From the NCBI GenBank assembly GCA_963725665.1, contig CAVRZA010000001.1:480001-544000 (forward strand): a stretch of 64,000 nucleotides of DNA, in the 5' to 3' direction. This DNA is from an uncultured Actinomycetes bacterium (GTDB lineage: Bacteria > Actinomycetota > Thermoleophilia > UBA2241). Below are positions 40,423-50,543 of this stretch, in pieces. Under the pieces are notes generated by a model. That model was not told the DNA's origin. It did no database searches and was given only the letters and a program-made list of their open reading frames with translations. Position numbers and translations under genes: made by a program. Each line of letters opens with the position of its first letter. Within the stretch, counting starts at the first letter, position 1.

Positions 40423-42632
40423 TCAAGATCACGATCTATGGCCGCGGCGGCCGTGGCGGCGTGACGCTGGCCAAGCTGATCGCGGCCGCGTACTTCCTGC
40501 GTGGCAGGTATGTCCAGGCCTTCGGCCGCTACGGCGCGGAGCGCGCCGGCGCGCCGGTCCAGGCGTTTGTGCGCGTGGACGACGAGGAGATCACGGAGCA
40601 CTATCCCGTCCGCGAGCCCGACCACGTGATCGTGCTGGACGCCGGCCTCATCGCGCCAGAGGCGGCCCAGGGGATGGACCCTCGGGGATGCATCGTGCTC
40701 AACACCCCGCTGCCGCCGGGCGCCTTCGAGAACGTCTTTCCCGGGCGCAACGTGGCGACCCTCGATGCGACGGCGATCGCCGTGGACAACAGGCTGGGGA
40801 CGAGGGCTTTGCCCATCGTGAACACCGCGCTGCTCGGGGGTGCCGCGGAGATCCTGGGATTGTCGCTCGCCGACGCCGAGGCCGCGATCGCGCACCTCGG
40901 CCTGGGCGAGCCCAACCTGAGGGCCGCGCACACCGCGTACGACAGCATCCGCCGGGCCCTCTTGCCGGGGATCATCGTGCCGGTCGCCGCACGCCGCCCG
41001 GCCGGCAGAGCGGCGAGCATGTTCGACGAGGACATCGGCGGCCCGCCGGCGGTCCACACGGGCTCGTGGGCCACCCGTATCCCTGCCAGCGCGGCACTGA
41101 CGCCGCTCTGCAGCGACGGCTGCCCGGCCGGCAACGACGTGCGGGGCTTCGTGCAGGCGATGGCGCAGCGAGACTACGAGGCCGCACTGAAGACCATCCT
41201 TGCGACCTCGCCCTTCCCGGGGACCTGCGGGCGCGTTTGTCCGGCGCCGTGCATGCAGGCGTGCTCGCGCGGCCAGCACGACGAAGCCGTGAACATCGGC
41301 GAGCTGGAGCGCCACATCGCGGCTCGCGCGCCCTGGCCTGAGCCCACGCGACCGACTCGCCCCGAACGTCTGGCCGTGATCGGCTCAGGCCCCGCCGGCC
41401 TCAGCGCCGCGTACCAACTCGCCAGGCTCGGCTATCCCGTGACCGTGTTCGAGGCGGGCGACGAGCTCGGCGGGCTCCTGCGCACCGGGATCCCCGCGTA
41501 CAGGCTGCCCCGGGAGGTCATCGACAGCGAGATCGCCTTCATCCTTGCGCACGGCGTGCAGGTCCGCAGCGGTCACCGCGTGTCTCGCTCCCGCCTTGTC
41601 GAGCTGCGACGCGAGTATGGCGGCGTGGTCGTGGCGACGGGGCTGCAGAAGCGGCGCACCGCCGGCCTCGGCGCCGACGACCCTCGTGTGCTGCGGGCGC
41701 TCGATTTCCTCGACAACAGCCGCACCCGGCCGCCGGACCTCCGCGGGCAACGCGTCGTCGTCGCCGGCGGCGGCAACACGGCGATCGACGCAGCTCGCGT
41801 GGCGCTGCGCCTCGGCGCCCAGGACGCGCTCGTGGTCTACCGGCGCACGCGCGCCGAGATGCCCGCGATCGCCGAGGAGATCGAGGAGGCGCTCGCCGAG
41901 GGCGTCCGCATCGAGCAGCTGGCGGCGCCTCTGCGACTGGAGGAGGCCGGTGATGGGACTGCGCTGGTCTGCCGGCGCATGACCCTCGGCAAGCCCGACA
42001 AGTCGGGACGACCGCGTCCCGTTCCGGTCGATGGTGACGACGGCTTGGCGGAGTTCCGCTGCGACACCGTCCTGCTCGCGCTCGGCCAGGCGCCGGACGG
42101 CCGTCTCTTGCCGGCAGGCTCGGTGCTCGACGAGGAGGACCTGCTGCCCGGAGCTGAAGACGCACCGGCTTGCACTGCGGGCGATCTGGTCGGGTCCGAA
42201 GGCACGGTGGCGGCGGCCATCGGCGGCGGGCGCCGGGCGGCATGGCGCCTGCACGCCGCCCTGGGCGGCGTCGAGGCGCCCTCACTCCCGGCGCCGCTGG
42301 TCGATGCCTCCGTCCTCACGTTCCGCGACGTCCCTCACGTGGCCATGGCCAGGGGCAGGCTGCGACGGCCCAGCTCGCGCAGGGCGAGCTTCCTCGAGGT
42401 GCGCCGGGGCCTCAGCGACCAGCCGGGCCGGGAGACCGCCTATGAGGAAGCGCAGCGCTGCTTCAGCTGCGGCGCCTGTACGGCGTGCGGGGACTGCGTC
42501 GTCTACTGCCCCGAAGGCATCCTCACTCACGTGGGCGACACCAGCTGCACGATCGACGAGGACTACTGCAAAGGCTGCGGGCTGTGCGTGGCACAGTGCC
42601 CGCGCAGCGCCCTCGCGATGCTGCCGACATGA
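40419..42632 (+). CDS. Fusion of 2-oxoacid:acceptor oxidoreductase gamma + GltD-like FAD oxidoreductase + 4Fe-4S delta domain
   Basis: GRGGRGGV..YGAERAGAP; CGRVCPAPC; IGSGPAG; GGGNTAID; CFSCGAC..C, YCKGCGLC..CP. Confidence 0.9.
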   Translation: MIKITIYGRGGRGGVTLAKLIAAAYFLRGRYVQAFGRYGAERAGAPVQAFVRVDDEEITEHYPVREPDHVIVLDAGLIAPEAAQGMDPRGCIVLNTPLPPGAFENVFPGRNVATLDATAIAVDNRLGTRALPIVNTALLGGAAEILGLSLADAEAAIAHLGLGEPNLRAAHTAYDSIRRALLPGIIVPVAARRPAGRAASMFDEDIGGPPAVHTGSWATRIPASAALTPLCSDGCPAGNDVRGFVQAMAQRDYEAALKTILATSPFPGTCGRVCPAPCMQACSRGQHDEAVNIGELERHIAARAPWPEPTRPTRPERLAVIGSGPAGLSAAYQLARLGYPVTVFEAGDELGGLLRTGIPAYRLPREVIDSEIAFILAHGVQVRSGHRVSRSRLVELRREYGGVVVATGLQKRRTAGLGADDPRVLRALDFLDNSRTRPPDLRGQRVVVAGGGNTAIDAARVALRLGAQDALVVYRRTRAEMPAIAEEIEEALAEGVRIEQLAAPLRLEEAGDGTALVCRRMTLGKPDKSGRPRPVPVDGDDGLAEFRCDTVLLALGQAPDGRLLPAGSVLDEEDLLPGAEDAPACTAGDLVGSEGTVAAAIGGGRRAAWRLHAALGGVEAPSLPAPLVDASVLTFRDVPHVAMARGRLRRPSSRRASFLEVRRGLSDQPGRETAYEEAQRCFSCGACTACGDCVVYCPEGILTHVGDTSCTIDEDYCKGCGLCVAQCPRSALAMLPT

Positions 42633-42645
42633 GGAAGGACGCGAG

Positions 42646-43821
42646 ATGACGAGAGCCGTCGTCACCGGCAACCAGGCCGCCGGCCACGCGCTCGTCGCGG
42701 CCGGCGAAGCCAACCGCGCCGCCCGCGGCTGCGGCGGTGGCTGCTACCCCATCACGCCTCAGACCGAGATCATCGAGAACGTCATGGCGGCGCGCTTCAG
42801 CAAAGGGAGCTTCGTCGCCGTGGAATCGGAGCACAGCGCCATGGCGGTCTGCATCGGCGCCTCGCTCGCGGGAGCGCGCTCCTTCACCGCCAGCTCCTCC
42901 AACGGACTCCTGTACATGACGGAGAACGTCTTCGCTGCCGGACTGGCACGCCTGCCCATCGTCATGGTGGTGTCCAATCGCACGATCGGTCCGCCGTGGA
43001 ACATCTGGGCCGACCACGGCGACAGCCTCGCCCTGCGCGACGCACCCTGGCTGCAGCTCTACTGCGACTCGCATCAGGACCTGGTGGACACCACCCTGCT
43101 CGCCTTTCGCGTCGCCGAGGACCCGCGCGTGCTGCTCCCCGTGATGGTGACCCAGGACGGCTTCCTCCTCTCGCACACCAGCATGGTGTGCGACCTCCCG
43201 TCGCAGGATCTCGTGGACGACTACCTGCCCCCGCTCGACCTGGCGCTGCGGGCGCGGGCCGACCACCCGCGCACCTACGGACAGATGATGAGCCCGCGCG
43301 AGACGCAGCGGCACCGCGAGGAGATCCAGGCGGCGATGGAAAGGGTGCCCGAGGTGCTCGACGAGGCCGGCGCGGAGTTCGCGCGTGTCTTCGGCCGCCG
43401 GCCGCGCGGCGCCTTTGAGGCGCAGCACACTGCCGACGCCGACACGGTACTCATCGCCTCGGGCACCACGGTGAGCACGCTGCGCAGCGTCGTGGAGGCG
43501 CGCCGCAGCGCCGGCGAGAAGGTCGGGCTGGTGCAGCTCAAGCTCTTCCGCCCGTTCCTCAGGGACGAGCTCTCGCGCGCGATCGGCAGCGCACGGCGCG
43601 TGGCCGTGCTCGATCGCGACCACTCGCCCGGGTCGGGCGGCGTCATGTGGAATGAGATCGCGACCAGCTTGAGGGAACGACCCGACGTGCTGCTGCAGGG
43701 CTACATCGTCGGGCTCGGCGGCGGCGAAGTCGACCCGCCGCTCATCGAGCTTGTCCTCGACGACCTCGCCGGCCGCGAACGCGCAGACGCGCCGGTCTTC
43801 TTCCCACAGGAGGTGACCTGA
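42646..43821 (+). CDS. porA: Pyruvate/2-oxoacid:ferredoxin oxidoreductase alpha subunit
   Basis: YPITPQTEI, ESEHSAM, TASSSNGL, NRTIGPPWNIW.DH.D, LFRPF. Confidence 0.88.
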   Translation: MTRAVVTGNQAAGHALVAAGEANRAARGCGGGCYPITPQTEIIENVMAARFSKGSFVAVESEHSAMAVCIGASLAGARSFTASSSNGLLYMTENVFAAGLARLPIVMVVSNRTIGPPWNIWADHGDSLALRDAPWLQLYCDSHQDLVDTTLLAFRVAEDPRVLLPVMVTQDGFLLSHTSMVCDLPSQDLVDDYLPPLDLALRARADHPRTYGQMMSPRETQRHREEIQAAMERVPEVLDEAGAEFARVFGRRPRGAFEAQHTADADTVLIASGTTVSTLRSVVEARRSAGEKVGLVQLKLFRPFLRDELSRAIGSARRVAVLDRDHSPGSGGVMWNEIATSLRERPDVLLQGYIVGLGGGEVDPPLIELVLDDLAGRERADAPVFFPQEVT

Positions 43822-43823
43822 CC

Positions 43824-44729
43824 ATGGCGACCTCCCTGCCAGCGCCCGGCACGGCGCCCCGCCCTCACATCCTTCGCCCGGACAGCACCAACTGCCCCGG
43901 CTGCGCGATGTCGGTGGGCCTGCAGTGGCTCAACGAGGCGCTCGGCGCGGCGACGCCGACGCTGGTCATCCCGGCGTGCTGTGCCGCCGTCACTCCCGGG
44001 GCCTTTCCCGCCAGCGCCTACAGCGTTCCGGCCATTGAAACCACCTTCGCCAGCGCCGCCGCCGTGGCGACGGGCATCGCCCGCGTGCGACAGCTGAATG
44101 GGGAGGCCGACCCCACGATCTGCTGGGCCGGCGACGGCGGCACCTATGACATCGGCCTGGCGACGCTCTCCGCCGCCGCCGAGCGCAACGAAGATGTCCT
44201 CTACATCTGCTACGACAACGAGATCTACGGCAACACCGGGGGCCAGCGCAGCGGCGCCACGCAGCGCGGCGCCAAGACGACCACCACCCCGCGCGGCAAG
44301 GCCGAGACCAAGAAGGACATCATGGCGATCATGGCCGCGCATCGCGTCCCTTACGCAGCGACGCTGTCGCTCGCCCACCGTGACGACTTTCTGCGCAAGA
44401 TGCGTTTGGCTCTGGGCATGCCGGGCTTCCGCTTCCTGCTCATGCTGTCGCCCTGCCCGGCGGGCTGGAAGTCGGATCCCGCCGAGAGCGTCGAGCTCGT
44501 CCGCCTCGCGGTGGCCTGTGGCCTCTTCCCGCTGTACGAGGTATTCGACGGCGAGCGCTACCGCATCAACGCGCGCGCCGACGACACGCCGCTCGACGAC
44601 TACTTGGGCCGACAGGGGCGCTTCCGCTCTGTGGCGCCGGCCCTGGACGATCTGCGCGCCCAAATGGAACGCGATTGGGCGCGCCTCGATGGGCTGGCGC
44701 GGGCATTCCCGGCGGAGGCCCCCGCGTAG
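43824..44729 (+). CDS. porB: Pyruvate/2-oxoacid:ferredoxin oxidoreductase beta subunit
   Basis: CPGC; TPP motif GDGGTYDIG...DNEIYGNTGGQ; SPCP.GW. Confidence 0.88.
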   Translation: MATSLPAPGTAPRPHILRPDSTNCPGCAMSVGLQWLNEALGAATPTLVIPACCAAVTPGAFPASAYSVPAIETTFASAAAVATGIARVRQLNGEADPTICWAGDGGTYDIGLATLSAAAERNEDVLYICYDNEIYGNTGGQRSGATQRGAKTTTTPRGKAETKKDIMAIMAAHRVPYAATLSLAHRDDFLRKMRLALGMPGFRFLLMLSPCPAGWKSDPAESVELVRLAVACGLFPLYEVFDGERYRINARADDTPLDDYLGRQGRFRSVAPALDDLRAQMERDWARLDGLARAFPAEAPA

Positions 44730-44733
44730 CAGC

Positions 44734-45297
44734 ATGGCGCGCTCCCGTCGCTCGAGCCGGCGGCGCTCGTCGGCACGCCAGCACGTCACTCTGGTCCTCG
44801 TGATGGCCGTGATCGCGACCCTGGCGCTCGTCGCCTGCGGCGGCTCGAGCACCACGGCAGCGACCTCGCAGAGCGCGACCACTTCGCTGGCCGCGGGTAA
44901 GACCATCTTCCAAACGGGCGTCCTTGACGGACAGCCGATTCCGCGAACGGGCAGCAGCGGCGGTGGCATGATGAACGGCGGCGGGATGGGCGGTAGCGGA
45001 GCGAGCGGCGGCATGATGCGCGCCGGCTGCGCGACCTGCCACGGCTCCGACGGCCACGGACGCACCACGCCGGCGTTCACTGCGCCGAACATCACCTACA
45101 GCAACCTGACCGACCCGCAGGGCATGCTGCAGCCGGACGGTACGCGTGGCCCTACGTACACGGATGCCACGCTGCGCACAGCCGTCACGCAGGGCCTCGA
45201 CCCGCAGGGCAGCCGCCTGGAGTCGCCCATGCCGCAATGGCAGCTCAGCGGCCCTCAATGGGCTGACCTGCTCGCCTACCTCAAAACGCTGCGCTGA
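44734..45297 (+). CDS. Lipoprotein c-type cytochrome
   Basis: Lipobox LVAC; CATCH heme motif; distal MP; GGGMM linker. Confidence 0.85.
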   Translation: MARSRRSSRRRSSARQHVTLVLVMAVIATLALVACGGSSTTAATSQSATTSLAAGKTIFQTGVLDGQPIPRTGSSGGGMMNGGGMGGSGASGGMMRAGCATCHGSDGHGRTTPAFTAPNITYSNLTDPQGMLQPDGTRGPTYTDATLRTAVTQGLDPQGSRLESPMPQWQLSGPQWADLLAYLKTLR

Positions 45298-45463
45298 AGA
45301 CAGGGCGTCCCCGGCACCGGGTAAGAAGCCCCCATGGTCGCCGCGAGCCTTCCCGCCGAGATCGGCCGCGCACTCAGCATGGCCTTCGCCGTGTTCTGGG
45401 AGATCCTGCCCATCCCTCCCGCCCGGGCACAGTGCTATTGTCGTATGAAGAAGGCGGCCGCTG

Positions 45464-46300
45464 GGCCATGTCCGTCAAGGTGGTGTACGAAGGAGCTCGC
45501 TCCTCCTCGCCTGATCCTCAGCCGACGGCCGCTACGAGCGCCGGCATGACCTCCTCCTCGTTTGCGTCATCGTCGCTCGCCTCGAGCTCGGCCGGGGGCC
45601 TCGTCAGCGCGGCCAGCGAGTCGGCGCTCATGTAGCGCCGCGCTACGGCCCACTCGTCGTCTTGTTCGGCGAGCACCATGCCGACGAGGCGCACGACGGC
45701 CTCGCGGCCGGGGAAGATGCCGACCACGTCGCTTCTGCGGCGGATCTCGCGGTTGAGACGCTCCTGGGGGTTGTTGGACCAGATCTGCCGCCAGTGGGCC
45801 AGCGGGAAGGCGGCGAAGGCGGTGATGTCGGGCGCTGCCCGCTCGAGCAGCTCGGCGGCGGCCGGGAAGCGCCTGGCGAGCTGCTCGGACACGCGCTCCA
45901 GCTGGGCCGCGACCTCCGCGGCGGAGGGCTGCGCGAAGATGGTGCGCACCAGGGTGGCCACGAAGGGCTGGGCGCTGCGCGGCACGCGGGCCAGCAGGTT
46001 GCGCATGAAGTGCGTTCTGCACCTCTGCCAGCTGGCCCCGCTCAGGTGCGCGTCGATCGCCCGCGTGAGGCCGCGGTGATCATCGCTGATGACGAGCTGC
46101 ACCCCGGCCAGGCCGCGGGAGGTGAGGCCGGCCAGGAAGTCGCTCCAGGCGGCCTCGTCCTCGCTTGTGAAGACGTCGAGGCCGAGGATCTCACGCAGGC
46201 CGTCAGCGCTGACCGCCGTCGCGACCACGACGGCGACGCGCACGATACGCCCCTCTTCCCGCGTCTTCATGGCCAGTGCGTCGAGCCACAGGTACTCGAT
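45464..46300 (-). mobile_element. IS256-family transposase remnant (5'-truncated) with right end
   Basis: YLWLDAL, GLREILG, VISDDHRGL, WQRCRTHFMRN, IWSNNPQERLNREIRRRSDVVGIFP. Confidence 0.9.
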
Positions 46301-46450
46301 GTGACTGTCCTCACTCAAGTGAGGTACCTGCCGGACCCCATTCATTGCTCCACTTCTTATGTTAGTCGCAGGGGCGCGACAGGTACCGTATCGCATGAAG
46401 AGTCTGCCAAGCGCGCCTAGACGCGTGGCCCACGACGCCGAGGAGGCACC

Positions 46451-46714
46451 ATGCCGACCGTAATCGGATATCACGATGTCAAGGACAAGGACCACTGGCT
46501 TGCCTCGCCAAAGCGCGAAGAGGTTTTCGGGCCCCTGGGGGTTACCAACATCCGCACGTTCGTCGACCCGGAGAAGCCAACCCGAGTAGCCGTGCTCATG
46601 GACGTTGCTGACATGGACGCCCTCATGGCCGCGATGCAGACCGAAGCGATGGCCGAGGCCATGGCGTACGACGGCGTGCTGCCCGAAACCCTGGTGATCC
46701 TCGTCGAGGCGTAG
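46451..46714 (+). CDS. Hypothetical protein
   Basis: GAGGAGG RBS; 87 aa; ends 47 bp before tail 16. Confidence 0.75.
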   Translation: MPTVIGYHDVKDKDHWLASPKREEVFGPLGVTNIRTFVDPEKPTRVAVLMDVADMDALMAAMQTEAMAEAMAYDGVLPETLVILVEA

Positions 46715-46761
46715 TTCACTTTCTCACTTGGCCAAGAGCCACTTGAACCACCCAGCTCGAG

Positions 46762-46892
46762 CTAGGTGGCGAACACCAGCCCGGCGATCAGCGCCCCCGC
46801 CTCCTCCTGCATCGCCGGGATGGCGTGCGAGTAGGTGTCGAGGGTGATCGAGACGGTGGCATGTCCGAGGCGCTCTGAGACGACCTTGGGAT
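46762..46892 (-). repeat. Integrase 3'-end remnant (tail 16)
   Basis: Same truncation point (GACCTTGGGAT|CGCTGTC) as tail 4. Confidence 0.9.
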
Positions 46893-46988
46893 CGCTGTCA
46901 TGCCCGCTCGGTTACAGCGCCCGCCCGGCAAGGGCGATCCTGAGATCGGTTTGCTCTGATCGCCTCGACCCAAAGGTGGCTCAGCACA

Positions 46989-47303
46989 TCAGCAGTTGTC
47001 TCGCTGCCGGCCTCGCTCCTGAGATGCCGCCAGGCGACAGGTCTCGCAGCAGTAGCGCTTCCTGGGGTTGTCCGTGAAGAAGAGAGAGCCGCAGAGAGGC
47101 GATGCGCAGACAGTCAGGAGCTCTCTCTTTGGATGACGCCGCGGCCGCGTCGCCAAACGTCGCGATTGCTGCGAGCGATGGAGCGCGCAGTAGAGCAGCG
47201 AGTTGTAGATGCTGAGGCGGGCTGAACAACCGGGAGCGGCGCACACGCGTCCGCTGGCGTAGGTCCGGGAAGGCGTTCCGAGAGCCACCACACGATGTCC
47301 CAT
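46989..47303 (-). CDS. Small Cys-rich CGNR-like zinc-finger protein (copy 2)
   Basis: One aa different from 18421-18735. Confidence 0.6.
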   Translation of the reverse strand: MGHRVVALGTPSRTYASGRVCAAPGCSARLSIYNSLLYCALHRSQQSRRLATRPRRHPKRELLTVCASPLCGSLFFTDNPRKRYCCETCRLAASQERGRQRDNC

Positions 47304-47550
47304 GACTGCAAGACCTCCTCGTATCCGTGACCTCTTCGCTTGAAGAGGACGTCCCGAGAACATGGTTCGGCAGGGCGTCGGACCGCCGTGAGCCGGATAG
47401 ACGGATATCCCAGGCGCTTGCGAGCCTCGCTTTCGCTTAGGATCCGGTCACCTCAGGCGGCATGGCAGCTGCGAATGCGGATGAGCGGGTCCTTCAGATG
47501 GCGCGCGCCGAGCCCTAGCCAGACCTGCCCTCTTGTCGCGCCTCGGCCTA

Positions 47551-48003
47551 TCAGGCCATGTAGTGCGGCGGGCCGTAACTGTCGGACTCGTCGCGCTCGA
47601 CGAGCGACTCTCCGCTGCGGTGCAGGTAGCCTTTGCGGACTTCGCCATCGACGATCGCCTTGTGCTCTGCTTTCGAGTGACGGTGATGTCCATGAAGGTC
47701 GGTCTCGATGAACTCCTTGAAGCGGGCCAAGTCGTGCGCCAGCCGCGCACTGGCGAGCTGTTCCTTGGCGCCCACGTCGGGGGCGCCACCGGGTTCGTAG
47801 AGGAACTGCACGCGGACCGTCGTTCTGCCCTCCGCGAGCTGCTCGTAGGCTACGGTCTCGTGCTTGGCCATGATCTCGCAGCTCCAGGCGTCACAGAGCA
47901 GCTTGTAGTTGCCGACGAGGACCCACTCGGTGAAGCGAGCCCACTCCGCGCGGGCTACCTCGGGCGAAACGTCCACGTCCACTGCTTGTTGGATGGAAAC
48001 CAT
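47551..48003 (-). CDS. SRPBCC-like protein
   Basis: SIQQAVDVDV...WARF...DLARFKEFIE; GGAGG RBS. Confidence 0.7.
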   Translation of the reverse strand: MVSIQQAVDVDVSPEVARAEWARFTEWVLVGNYKLLCDAWSCEIMAKHETVAYEQLAEGRTTVRVQFLYEPGGAPDVGAKEQLASARLAHDLARFKEFIETDLHGHHRHSKAEHKAIVDGEVRKGYLHRSGESLVERDESDSYGPPHYMA

Positions 48004-48124
48004 GCCTCCACCTTCCATCCGAGTGCTCCCAACCGGGAGTTGAGAGGGCTATTCCCGAGGCGCAACGGGAGGAATCTGACCGAGCGTTTGAGGGTGCCCC
48101 GCTTCGGTGGACAGTCTCGGGTTT

Positions 48125-48189
48125 GCGTGCGACTAGATGTCGAGCGTGGTCGAGACGGTGGCGTGGCCGAGTCGCTCTGAGACCACGGT
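48125..48189 (-). repeat. Integrase internal remnant (tail 17, lacks terminal hairpin half)
   Basis: VVSERLGHATVSTTLDI*SH. Confidence 0.75.
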
Positions 48190-48309
48190 TCCATGTGAGC
48201 GATTGCGTGCGATGGCCGGGAGTCGTGCGCACCCGATGCGCCCTGGCCGTCTCAGTCCCTCCCAGCCGGCAATCTTCTCCTTGTCCATCAACGCGGGAGG
48301 AGGCAGACC

Positions 48310-49066
48310 ATGTCGCACGTGATCTCACGAGACGGCACGAAGATCGCCTACGAGCAGACCGGTGAGGGCGAGGCGGTTCTGCTGATCGACGGGGCGCTGG
48401 GTTCACGGTCGTTCGGGTTCATGCCGCGACTGGCCGTGATCCTGGCGCCGCACTTCAGCGTCAAGACCTACGATCGTCGTGGCCGGGGCGAAAGTGGCGA
48501 CACGCCGCCCTAAGCCGTCGCCCGCGAGGTCGAAGACATCGAGGCGCTCATCGGGCAAGCCGGAGATGCCGCGTCCCTCTTCGGCATCTCCTCGGGCGCG
48601 GCCCTCGGCCTGGAGGCGGCTCTCGGGCTCGGCGAGAAGGTCAAGTCGGTCGCCATGTACGAGCCGCCTTACAACGCCGAGGACGCGCAACTCTGGAGGG
48701 ACTACGGACGGCGGCTCAGGGAGCTGCTGGCGGCGGGTCGCCGAGGCAGTGCGGTCGCGCTCTTCATGGCGTTCGTCGGTGTTCCGGCCGAGCAGATCGC
48801 GACGATGCGTGAGACGCCCTTGTGGTCGATGCTCGAAGCCGTGGCACCGACGCTTGCCTATGACGAATCCGTTCTGGGGATGGACCGCGCCGTGCCTACC
48901 GCACGGGCGGCGGATCCTGAGGGCGCCGGCGCTCGTGATGAACGGCGGCGAGAGCTACCCGTTCATGCGCGACACGGCAAGAGCCCTGGCGGACAGCATC
49001 CCGGCGGGGCGCTATCACGAGCTCGAAGGCCAGCGTCACGACGTGGCCGTGGAGGCCCTGGCACCC
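48310..49066 (+). pseudogene. Alpha/beta hydrolase, TAA at 48511 and frameshift near 48915
   Basis: SRDGTKIAY, YDRRGRGESGD, GISSGA, YEPP, LEGQRHDV. Confidence 0.85.
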
Positions 49067-49069
49067 GGC

Positions 49070-49385
49070 CGGCCGACTCCGATCCCTACCACGACGCACC
49101 GACGATCATCCTGGTGCTCGCCGATCAGACCAAGGTCACGCCCGTCGAGGACGCAAGCCTCGCCCTGGGCAACATGTTCAACGCCGCCTACTCCCTGGGT
49201 CTGGGCTCCTGTTGGGTGCACCGTGAAAGGCAGATGTTCGCCAGCGACCAAGGCCAGGCGCTGCTCAAGAAGTGGGGCGTGGAGGGTGACTACGTCGTGT
49301 GGGGGCCTGCGTCCTCGGTTACCCCGAGGGCGAACACCCGCAGGCGGCCCCGCGCAAGGACGGTTCTGTGGTGATGGTGAGGTAG
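49070..49385 (+). pseudogene. Nitroreductase C-terminal fragment joined to the hydrolase
   Basis: DPYHDAPTIILVLAD...EDASLALGNMFNAAYSLGLGSCWVHR. Confidence 0.8.
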
Positions 49386-49428
49386 CGTACTCAGCGCTCG
49401 CGCGCGACGATCCTTTTCTAGGCTCGAC

Positions 49429-49686
49429 CTACTTAGCTGCGAAGACCAGTTCGGCGATTCTCGTCGCCGCCTCTTCTTGCATCGCCGGGATGGCGTGCGA
49501 GTGAGTGTCGAGCGGATTGCGACGGTGACGTGCCCGAGGCGCTCGGAGACGACCGTGGGATGTACGCCCGCTTGCAGAGCAAGGGTGGCGTGGGCGTGCC
49601 GCAGGTCATGCGGCCTGATCTGCGGCAGCATCGCCTTCTTCTCTGCCCGTCGGAAGTGGCGCGTGACTGTCTCCGGGTCGAGCGCG
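49429..49686 (-). repeat. Integrase 3'-end remnant (tail 18, divergent allele)
   Basis: ALDPETVTRHFRRAEKKAMLPQIRPHDLRH...QEEAATRIAELVFAAK*. Confidence 0.9.
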
Positions 49687-49736
49687 CTGGTGTTCTTGAC
49701 GGACGCCGCCACACCCTGCGTTTGAGCCCGTTATTA

Positions 49737-50144
49737 TCACATAGCGGCGATGTTGACGATGTTGTCCTCGCTGTCCTTGAACCAGGCTGCCTTGGTGCCC
49801 TCGAACTCGGCGATGCCGTTCACGGTCTTGAGTCCGATCTCGGGCAAGTCATAGTCCTCGAACGTCACACCCTTGGCTCGCAGATCGGCGGCGACCTCAT
49901 CGAACTTGTCGCGGGGTAGGCCGAAACCCAAGGCCGTGCTCTGCGGTGCCGGCATGCCGGGGCGTTCATAGATCATGACCATGGTGCCATCGCCCGCCGT
50001 GAACATGGCCATGCCCTCGCTCGCGGGACCGGGGACGTCGCCCGGCCTGAGGCCCAACACGTCGGTGTAGAACTTCTTGGCGCGACCAAGGTCCTCGGCC
50101 CGCAGCACAGCTGCAGCCGGGTGGTCCCCGAGACTAGCCATCAT
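49737..50144 (-). CDS. VOC/glyoxalase family protein
   Basis: DLGRAKKFYTDVLGL...GVTFEDYD...AWFKDSEDN. Confidence 0.88.
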   Translation of the reverse strand: MMASLGDHPAAAVLRAEDLGRAKKFYTDVLGLRPGDVPGPASEGMAMFTAGDGTMVMIYERPGMPAPQSTALGFGLPRDKFDEVAADLRAKGVTFEDYDLPEIGLKTVNGIAEFEGTKAAWFKDSEDNIVNIAAM

Positions 50145-50328
50145 GCACATCCTCTCTCTCGCCTCATCGGTCACTCCCATGACTTCCCCCGTCCCCGCGT
50201 GGGAAAGCGGATTGTCGTTTGCGCTCGCTCGCGCACGCGGGTGACGCGGGCGTCGCAAGGGGCACAGTGGCGGGCGCACGCAGGACGTTGGTTTCGAGTC
50301 CAAGGGCAGGCGCTCGACGTGCAACCGT

Positions 50329-50437
50329 CTAGTTCCCCGCGAACACCAGCCCCGCGATCAGCGCCGCCGCCTCCTCCTGCATCGCCGGGATGGCGTGCGA
50401 GTAGGTGTCGAGGGTGATCGCGACGGTGGCGTGTCCG
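50329..50437 (-). repeat. Integrase 3'-end remnant (tail 19)
   Basis: GHATVAITLDTYSHAIPAMQEEAAALIAGLVFAGN*. Confidence 0.9.
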
Positions 50438-50543
50438 GGGCGAATCGCCACGGGCATCCCCTGTGATGGCGTCTTCACCGGCCTGTCGGACGCCGGATTG
50501 GGGGAGAACACTGCAAGACAGGGACTGAGGAGGTGTCGCGCGC

